Shown here one piece after another: positions 1-6,800 of a stretch of DNA of 33,350 nt. The translations under genes and the position numbers were made by a program. The stretch's first letter is position 1; the number at the start of each line of letters is the position of its first letter. Below the pieces are notes generated by a model, which searched no databases, had not been told where the DNA came from, and was given only the letters and a program-made list of their open reading frames with translations. Source of the stretch: Phycisphaeraceae bacterium (lineage in GTDB: Bacteria; Planctomycetota; Phycisphaerae; Phycisphaerales; Phycisphaeraceae); assembly GCA_036477175.1 (NCBI GenBank), contig JAZGCX010000044.1, positions 1 to 33,350 on the forward strand. The letters are read 5' to 3'.

Positions 1-757
1 CGTAGGCAATGATCTGCGGCACAACGGTGTGCTCGAAATCGGCAAGGATCTCCTGCTCGCTCTTGCCGAGCGTGGTCTGGTTGGAGATCTGGTACAGGTC
101 GCCCAGGGCTTCGGAGCCTTCACCGAATAGGCCTCGCACGGCCAGGTGCATGTCGCGCGCGGCACGACGGACCTTGTCGATCTCACCGGTCAGCCGCAGC
201 GCCGGCAGGTGCAGCATGACGCTCACACGGATCCCGGTGCCGACATTGGTTGGACACGCCGAGGTATAGCCGAACCGCCTGGAGTAGGCGAAGTCGAGCT
301 TCTCCTCCAGCACGTCATCGATGCGGTTGATCTGGTCGAAGGCCTCGGACAGTTGCATCCCGCTGCGCAGGACCTGGATGCGCAGGTGGTCCTCTTCATT
401 GACCATGATGGCAAAGGTTTCATCGGCGCCGATGGCCACGGCGCGGGGCAGGTCATCGTTGGCGTTAGCGTGCTGGCGGCTGATCAGGTGGCGCTCGACG
501 AGCAGTTGGCGGTCCAGGGTCGGACTATCGGGCAGGTTGACCCATAGGATGCCATTGGCCAGACGGCCGCTCATCACCTCGGCGCGGCAGTGTTCGAGGA
601 TCTCCAGTCGCTGGCGCCGGTTGGCGCGGCCGACGAAGGGATAGCCGGCGAGGTTGCGTGCCAGGCGGATTCGGCTGGAGATCACGATCTCGCTGTGCGG
701 CCCGGCGCCGCGGAGCCATTCGCCGGCGTGCTCGGTCATCTGGCGCAAGGTTCTCAT
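1..757 (-). CDS. mcsB: protein arginine kinase McsB (ATP:guanido phosphotransferase), N-terminal ~252 codons; C-terminus lies beyond the window edge
   Basis: Not in the supplied ORF track because it runs off the edge. My minus-strand translation from ATG 757-755 gives MRTLRQMTEHAGEWLRGAGPHSEIVISSRIRLARNLAGYPF...ACPTNVGTGIRVSVMLHLPAL...KSEQEILADFEHTVVPQIIAY, open down to base 2. It carries guanidino-kinase signatures (SSRIRLARN, CPTNVGTG). The ATG overlaps the mcsA stop (ATGA at 754-757). Confidence 0.85.
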   Translation of the reverse strand, partial: MRTLRQMTEHAGEWLRGAGPHSEIVISSRIRLARNLAGYPFVGRANRRQRLEILEHCRAEVMSGRLANGILWVNLPDSPTLDRQLLVERHLISRQHANANDDLPRAVAIGADETFAIMVNEEDHLRIQVLRSGMQLSEAFDQINRIDDVLEEKLDFAYSRRFGYTSACPTNVGTGIRVSVMLHLPALRLTGEIDKVRRAARDMHLAVRGLFGEGSEALGDLYQISNQTTLGKSEQEILADFEHTVVPQIIAY

Positions 758-1248
758 GCGTCGTCCTCAATGTGGCGGATATCGTCGCGGAGGCGTGCGG
801 CCAGCTCATAGTCTTCACGGTTGACGGCTTCGTCCAGCCGCTTGCGCATCCGCAGGATGTTGGCCTGGCGGTGTTCGCCGGCACCGGCGCGGCGAGGGAC
901 CTTGCCCAGGTGATGCGTACCGCCGTCGTGGGCCCGTTCCAGCAGCGGCCCCAGTAACTGCTCAAACGCCTTGTAACAGTTCGGGCAGCCTAACAGGCTG
1001 CTTTCGCGGAAGTCGGCAAACGTGAGGCCGCAGGTCTCGCAGACCAACTCCTGCTGGGTCGCCGCGCCGCTGTGCAACTTGACAAAGTTGGTCAACAACT
1101 CGTTGATCGGCGTGTGCACTGCTTTCACCGCCATCCCTTCCTGCTGGGCATGACGCTCACACAGGTGCTTCTCAATCTTCTGGCCCTTGATAATCTCCAC
1201 CGAATGGTGCGTGGCGGGCTGATCACACAGGTCACACTTTCGCTTCAC
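754..1248 (-). CDS. mcsA: McsA, activator of protein arginine kinase (Cys-pair zinc-finger-like N-terminus plus UVR-type C-terminus)
   Basis: Same frame as ORF 754..1383. I prefer the GTG at 1248-1246, which has GAGGA 7 nt upstream. Translation VKRKCDLCDQ..HLCERH..CETCG..CPNCY then YELAARLRDDIRHIE (UVR-like). The longer 209-aa version would read through the predicted promoter. Translationally coupled to mcsB. Confidence 0.8.
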   Translation of the reverse strand: MKRKCDLCDQPATHHSVEIIKGQKIEKHLCERHAQQEGMAVKAVHTPINELLTNFVKLHSGAATQQELVCETCGLTFADFRESSLLGCPNCYKAFEQLLGPLLERAHDGGTHHLGKVPRRAGAGEHRQANILRMRKRLDEAVNREDYELAARLRDDIRHIEDDA

Positions 1249-1276
1249 GGGTCGGTCCTCGTCAAACCTATGCTCA

Positions 1277-1305
1277 ATTCTAGAATTTCGCCACGGCCGA
1301 TTCAA
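1277..1305 (-). promoter_or_regulatory. sigma70-like promoter for mcsA-mcsB: TTGAAT-17 nt-TAGAAT, with the -10 embedded in a perfect 12-bp palindrome AATTCTAGAATT (1276-1287)
   Basis: Minus strand reads cccatTTGAATcggccgtggcgaaattcTAGAATtgagcat. The -35 is at 1305-1300 and the -10 at 1282-1277. It lies about 30 nt upstream of the GTG at 1248, which has its own GAGGA. Confidence 0.5.
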
Positions 1306-1446
1306 ATGGGCCCGGGCTGGTGGGGGATTGTTCCGGCTTCTTCTGTAGTTAATGCAGATAAAAGAGCGGCGTTGCGGCGTCACTGGGCCGGTCTGAGCGG
1401 GTCGGGTGAACCCGGGCCTCGCGGCCGGGGCTGGTGCGAGTGGTCA

Positions 1447-1520
1447 TACACCCGGCAGGGCTCGAACCTGCAACCTGCGGTTCCGTAGACCGCCGCTCTA
1501 TCCAATTGAGCTACGGGTGC
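1447..1520 (-). tRNA. tRNA-Arg (anticodon ACG)
   Basis: Manual cloverleaf: GCACCCG TA GCTC AATTGGATA GAGC G GCGGT CTACGGA ACCGC AGGTT GCAGG TTCGAGC CCTGC CGGGTGT A. It is 74 nt, has a TTCGA T-loop, and CCA is not encoded. Confidence 0.9.
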
Positions 1521-1586
1521 GATTGCAATGGACCGGTCAAATATAGCCCGCCGCAGGTGACGGGGCAAACGCTGGAGCACGGGGAA

Positions 1587-1650
1587 ATGACGAAGTCCGA
1601 ATGACGAATGACGAAACATCGTGTGCCATTCGGGCTTCGTCATTCGTCAT
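1587..1650. repeat. inverted arrays of TGACGAA heptamers forming alternative long hairpins; overlaps the cimA stop codon
   Basis: 1601-1615 atgacgaatgacgaa pairs perfectly (15 bp) with 1636-1650 ttcgtcattcgtcat. In another register, 1587-1603 atgacgaagtccgaatg pairs with 1627-1643 cattcgggcttcgtcat (17 bp, 1 mismatch). No U-tract follows on the cimA strand. Confidence 0.7.
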
Positions 1651-3295
1651 CGCCTCTTGCCACCTCAATCAGGTGGTAGGCGAAGGCGTCGGTGATGGCC
1701 TGCCAGGAGGCGTCCACGATGTTCTCGTTGACCCCGACGGTGCTGAAATACGAGGCGGCCCTGGCGTTTTCATTGTCGGGCCTGACGGCGAATTCGGCGA
1801 TGACGCGGACTTTGGCGGCCGACTCGGCGGTCGGGTTGACCACGCGGACCTTGTAATCGGTCAGGTGCACCTCGGTGATCTGCGGGTAATGGTCTTTGAG
1901 GCACTTGCGCAGTGCGGCGTCCAGCGCGTTGACCGGACCGTCGCCCTCGGCCACACGGTGTTCGACCGCCCCATTGACCGCAAGTTTAACGATCGCCTCG
2001 GTCGAGGCCGGCTCGTCGTCGCGCTTCAGGATCACGCAGCGGTAGTGGTCCAGTTCCCAGAACCGGGGCCGCGTGCCTAACACGTCGTGCAACAGCAGTT
2101 CGAAGCTGGCGGTGGCGGTTTCGAACTGGTAGCCCTGATGCTCCAGCTCCTGCACACGCTCCAGTAGCTGGCGCTGAACCTGCTTGTTGTCGGCGATATT
2201 AAACTTCCTGCCAAGCGTGGCCGAGATGTTGCTCGCCCCCGACAGCTCGCTGACGAGCACGCGGCGGACGTTGCCGACCTTTTCCGGCTCGACGTGCTCG
2301 TAACTGTGCGCCACGCGCTGCACCGCGTGCACGTGCATGCCGCCCTTGTGGGCAAAGGCGGCGCTGCCGACAAACGGCTGGTTAGGGATCAGGTTCATGT
2401 TGGCCGCCTCGTACACGAACCGGCTGGTCTCGGTCAGCTTCGACAGGCTGGCGTCGGACAGGCACTGGTAGCCCATCTTCAGGCACAGGGTCGCCGCGAC
2501 GGTGGTCAGGTCCACGTTGCCGCACCGCTCGCCGATGCCGTTGATCGTGCCCTGGACCTGCACGGCGCCGGCCTCGACGGCGGCGAGGGAGTTGGCCACC
2601 GCCAGTCCCGAGTCGTTGTGGCAGTGGATGCCCAGGAGGCTTGAGGCCTGGGGCTTGGGGCTTGAGGCAAGCGAGCCGAGGTATTGCTGCACCTGCTGCA
2701 CCACCTGACTGATCCAGCCCGGTAGCGACCCGCCGTTGGTGTCGCAGAGAATCAAGCGGCCGGCGCCGCCTTCCAGCGCTGCGGTTAGCGTCGCCAGCGC
2801 ATATTCACAGTTGGCCCGGTAGCCGTCGAAAAAATGCTCGGCATCGTAGAACACCTCGGTGCTGTCGGCCTGGCAACAAAACGCGACCGATTCACGGATC
2901 ATCGCCAGGTTCTCCTCGCGGCTGACACGCAGCACCTCGTCCACGTGCAGGCCCCACGTCTTGCCCACGATGGTGATCACAGGCGTGGCGGCGGCGACCA
3001 GCGCTTTCATGCCCGGGTCGGCGGCGGCGGACATGCCCTTTCGGCGGGTCATGCCGAACGCGCAGACCCTGGCGTGCTTGAGCTGGAGCTTGGCCACCTC
3101 GGCGAAATAGGCTGCGTCCTTGGGGTTGGACAGCGGATAGCCGCCCTCGATGTAGTCCACGCCCAGGGCGTCCAGGTGCTGGGTGATCTTGATCTTCTCC
3201 ACGAGGCTGAAGGCCACCCCAGCGCCTTGGGCGCCGTCGCGGAGCGTGGTGTCGTAGAGCTCGATCCGTCGCCCGTGTGGTTGTGACGTTTGCAT
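1640..3295 (-). CDS. cimA: (R)-citramalate synthase (LeuA-related 2-isopropylmalate synthase family, long form with C-terminal LeuA-dimer-type regulatory domain)
   Basis: [64 protein letters not shown].. matches the LeuA_rel/CimA N-terminal pattern (GG.P.SNPKD). 551 aa from ATG 3295-3293, with GGAGA 13 nt upstream. The 598-aa track ORF extension reads through the upstream terminator and leader, so I rejected it. Confidence 0.8.
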   Translation of the reverse strand: MQTSQPHGRRIELYDTTLRDGAQGAGVAFSLVEKIKITQHLDALGVDYIEGGYPLSNPKDAAYFAEVAKLQLKHARVCAFGMTRRKGMSAAADPGMKALVAAATPVITIVGKTWGLHVDEVLRVSREENLAMIRESVAFCCQADSTEVFYDAEHFFDGYRANCEYALATLTAALEGGAGRLILCDTNGGSLPGWISQVVQQVQQYLGSLASSPKPQASSLLGIHCHNDSGLAVANSLAAVEAGAVQVQGTINGIGERCGNVDLTTVAATLCLKMGYQCLSDASLSKLTETSRFVYEAANMNLIPNQPFVGSAAFAHKGGMHVHAVQRVAHSYEHVEPEKVGNVRRVLVSELSGASNISATLGRKFNIADNKQVQRQLLERVQELEHQGYQFETATASFELLLHDVLGTRPRFWELDHYRCVILKRDDEPASTEAIVKLAVNGAVEHRVAEGDGPVNALDAALRKCLKDHYPQITEVHLTDYKVRVVNPTAESAAKVRVIAEFAVRPDNENARAASYFSTVGVNENIVDASWQAITDAFAYHLIEVARGDDE

Positions 3296-3372
3296 GGCCG
3301 ATTGGTCTCCGCCGCTGGTCCGGCCCGGCCGACCCGGCCGGGATACCGGTTGCCATTGAGGCCCTGTCCAAT

Positions 3373-3400
3373 AAAAAACCCTGCCGATCGGCAGGGTCTG
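3373..3400 (-). terminator. intrinsic terminator between the leader mini-ORF and cimA: CCCUGCC-GAUC-GGCAGGG followed by UUUUUU
   Basis: Minus strand reads ccagaCCCTGCCgatcGGCAGGGttttttattgg. The stem is 3396-3390 / 3385-3379 and the U-tract is 3378-3373. On the plus strand no T-run follows the hairpin, so the orientation is minus. Confidence 0.8.
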
Positions 3401-3429
3401 GATTCGCGAAGGCACGCTGATCGCAGGCC

Positions 3430-3495
3430 CTACCACAGGTAGCGGCTGTTAATGATAATGCGGGCGATCGCCGTGATGGGGCCGGTGCTCATCAT
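3430..3495 (-). promoter_or_regulatory. 21-codon Ile-rich leader peptide ORF (MMSTGPITAIARIIINSRYLW) upstream of cimA
   Basis: Minus strand: aatAGGGGGt ATG ATG AGC ACC GGC CCC ATC ACG GCG ATC GCC CGC ATT ATC ATT AAC AGC CGC TAC CTG TGG TAG. It has 5 Ile in 21 residues, three of them consecutive. The stop codon lies inside the antiterminator strand GGUAGGGCCUG (3434-3424). Confidence 0.65.
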
Positions 3496-3502
3496 ACCCC
3501 CT

Positions 3503-3530
3503 ATTGTATCGGCTAATCAGACCGCGGCAA
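3503..3530 (-). promoter_or_regulatory. candidate promoter for the cimA leader transcript: TTGCCG-16 nt-TACAAT
   Basis: Minus strand reads gcTTGCCGcggtctgattagccgaTACAATagggggtATG. The -10 ends only 7 nt before the leader ATG. The transcript would therefore be nearly leaderless, or else the real promoter lies further upstream. Confidence 0.3.
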
Positions 3531-3831
3531 GCCACAACAGCCGGCGGGCTTGGCCAAAGTTGCCCCAATCGGGCGAGGGCGTTGCACGTTCGGTCCCGAC
3601 CAATTACAACCTTGACCCAACCGGGCCCCCGAGGTCGGCCGAAACGTCCCCACCGCCCCAGTCCCAGAACCAGGGATGGCAGACAGAATCAGTTTACCGT
3701 GCAACTCCCACCGCTGGTGTCAGCTGGCACATATTGCGCTGCACGTCGAGCCGAGCCACCGTTCGGGCACGCCACCCGGCCCTACTACAATATTGCCCTC
3801 ACTTGGGGGATTTACCTAGGGTATAGGCCCC

Positions 3832-6800
3832 ATGCCGGTACCGACGACGACATTCCGCAACATGAAAGTGTTGAACGCGATCTTCGCGGTCACCGCCGTG
3901 GTGCTGCTGCTGTCGACCTTCTGGCTGGTCGTCGCCGACCACTTCAAGAGCACCTGGCGGCGGTACCACCGGGCGGCGCGGGTGTGGGACGAAGCGATCC
4001 TCGTCGATGCTCATCGCGCCGCGCTATCCGATGAGTACATCCGCCAGATCAAACAACTGAACGCGGAGATAGGGGAACTGAAAGCGTCGATGAACGCCGA
4101 TGAAATCCGACGGCTCGAACAGCAGCTCACGGATACCAAGGAGAACAAGGAAAAGACGGCGTTGAAGCTGTCGGTCGAAAGAGGCAAGGTTGGCCCGAAA
4201 CGACAGCAGATCGAACGCGCCCGGCTCGAGTACGACGACGACTCCGACCAGGTCATCGCATTGCGGGGCGAACTTTGGCGCATCAATGAGGTCGTCGACA
4301 AGATGTCGGCAGACATGGCCGGCTTCGACCGCGAGATCGACGAGACGACCGCCAGACTCCACCAGGCGAAACAGAAGCTCAACCAGAAGCAAAAGAAGCT
4401 GGGCGACCTTGAACGCGACGACAAGACCATCAAGGAGACACTCGCCGCCGTTGCGCCCAAAGGCGCCGCCAAGGTCAGCGAACGGATTCGCAACGCCCCC
4501 CTGCTCGACTGGTTCAATGCCAGCGAAAGAATCGAACAGGTCGTCGTCCCCGACGTCCTGACCGACTACAACTTCGTCCAGGTCGAGACGATCGACCGGT
4601 GCACGACCTGTCACGTCAACATCGACGACCCGGTCTTCGAACAGAACACCCTGACCGCATTTACCGAACGCCAGGTTGCCCGGGCCCAGGGGCAGGCCGT
4701 CGCGGTGCTCGATCGCCCGGTCGTGATGCTCGGTTTCTGGGTCGAGGCGGCTCGATTAGCCGGCCTGAGCGACGAGCTGGACCGGCTCAACCAGCAGGCG
4801 CTGCAACAGATCAACGCCGTGCGTCAAGAGGCCGGCCTGGAACCGGTCAAAGCGACGAATCAATCGCAACTGTTGGCGACGTTTGACCGCATTGCCCAAT
4901 CGCCGGCCCCGGCCCCGGTGGCTACAGCCCGGTGGTACACCCCGCTGGTTAATTACCGGGACGACCTGATCTCACTGCTGGCAGAGCGCCTGGGCCAACA
5001 GCAGTTCAACCTGTTGAGCGACACCTACTGGTACGCGCTGATCGAAAAGTACAACGCGCAGCGGAAGGAGCAGAACCTACCCGCGGTATCGGCCAGCCCG
5101 GTGCTGCTGGGCCACCCGCAGATCGATTTATATGCCGGGCCTGATTCCAGCCACCCGGTCAAGACGATGGGCTGCACCGTCTGTCATGAAGGGTCGGGCC
5201 AGGAGACGCAGTTCGAGCACACCGCCCACTCGCCGCGGCCGATCTGGGTCGATGCCCAAACCGGCTCGCCCGTCGCCGACTTCATGATCGAGCAGCCCAG
5301 CGACGGCGACACCATCGAATCGTACATCCACTCAGCCCAGCTCGCCGCGAGCCGATCGGCCCACGAGACCGCCTCGGCCGACCAGGTCCCCGGCGGCGCC
5401 GCGGTCATTGCGGCATCGATGACAACCGCCACGGGTGACACAGGCCACGAGGAGACTGACAACGGTGGCCCCACCTACGTCCATGACGACTTAAATCTGG
5501 CCGACCCGGACAACCCGCACCACGCCCTTAGCCCTGAGCACGACCACGCCACCACCGCCGCCTACCGCAACCCGGCCGACCCGGCCAAGCCCCGACTGGC
5601 CATCCGTCAGGAACAGCATTGGCGTGAGCAATTCGGCTGGCACCACATCCATTACATGCACTGGGAAAAACCGATGCACGCGCTCGAATTTGTCGAGTCG
5701 AGCTGCAACAAATGTCACACCGAGGTCTACGGCATCCGAGACGCTGCACCGGTGCTCTTTCATGGCCGAAAGCTCTTCGCCCAGCTCGGCTGCGTCAACT
5801 GCCACGCGGTCACGTCGCTCGAAGACGATCTGGATATCAAGAAGGTCGGCCCGTCGCTGGTGAATGTGCGCTCCAAGCTGTCGCCTCAGATGACGGCCTC
5901 GTGGATCTGGGCGCCCAAGGCCTTTCGTCCCACCACGCGGATGCCGCACTACTTCATGCTCGAAAACAACTCGTCGCCCGTGGACATCCTGCGCACCCGC
6001 ACCGAAGTGACGGCAATCACCTACTACCTGCAAACCACGCCGCCACCCGAAGGCACACGGCCCTATGAGGTCGAGGCGGTGCCGGAGTTGGTTGGTACGA
6101 TCGACGAGAGCCGGCAGCGCGGCCGGACCCTGTTTCACCAATTGGGCTGTCTCGCCTGCCACAGCAACCTGGACGAGACCGGCGAGGCCTGGATCACCGC
6201 CGACCTGATGCAACGCAAGGGTTTGAGCGCCCCCGAGGCCAAAGCCCGGTACGTCTCGATGGCCGATGACACGCCCGACAACGGTTACAACGCCCGGCAC
6301 TGGTACGTGCAGCAACACCTGCAGGACCGCATGACACTGTTGGGCCCGGAGTTATCCGGCGTCGGCACCAAACTCAAGACCAGCCGCACCGAACAGCAGG
6401 CCCGCACCTGGCTATACGACTGGCTACGCAACCCCAGGCATTACTCGGGCTACACCATCATGCCGAGATTCCGGCTCACCGAGCAGGACACCAACGACCT
6501 GGCCACCTATCTGCTGTCGCTACAGCGGCCGGGCTATGAAGCTGACCGCTTCGGCTTCGCCGATGACGGCAGCGTCGCGCTCGACGACGACACCGAGCGC
6601 ATGCTCGCCGCATTAGTCGCCAACCTCCTGGCCGGCCAGAGCACCCCTGAGCTGGCGCGACAGGAGGTCACCAGTGCCACGGACCCAAACGACAGCTCCA
6701 AGAAGAAGTGGACACGCCACAAACAGTTGATGTTCCTCGGCCAGAAGACGATCAACCACTATGGCTGTAGCGGCTGTCACCAGATCAACGGGTTCGAGGA

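Noticed and set aside
1249-1300. CtsR operator upstream of mcsA.
   Set aside because: Only a partial resemblance (ggtcctcGTCAAAc) to the GGTCAAA-NAN-GGTCAAA direct repeat, which is not a credible match.
3296-3436. N-terminal extension of the cimA ORF to 598 aa (track start 3436).
   Set aside because: The extension would be translated across the intrinsic terminator and would overlap the leader mini-ORF stop. The conserved CimA/LeuA N-terminus begins right after the ATG at 3295, which has its own SD.
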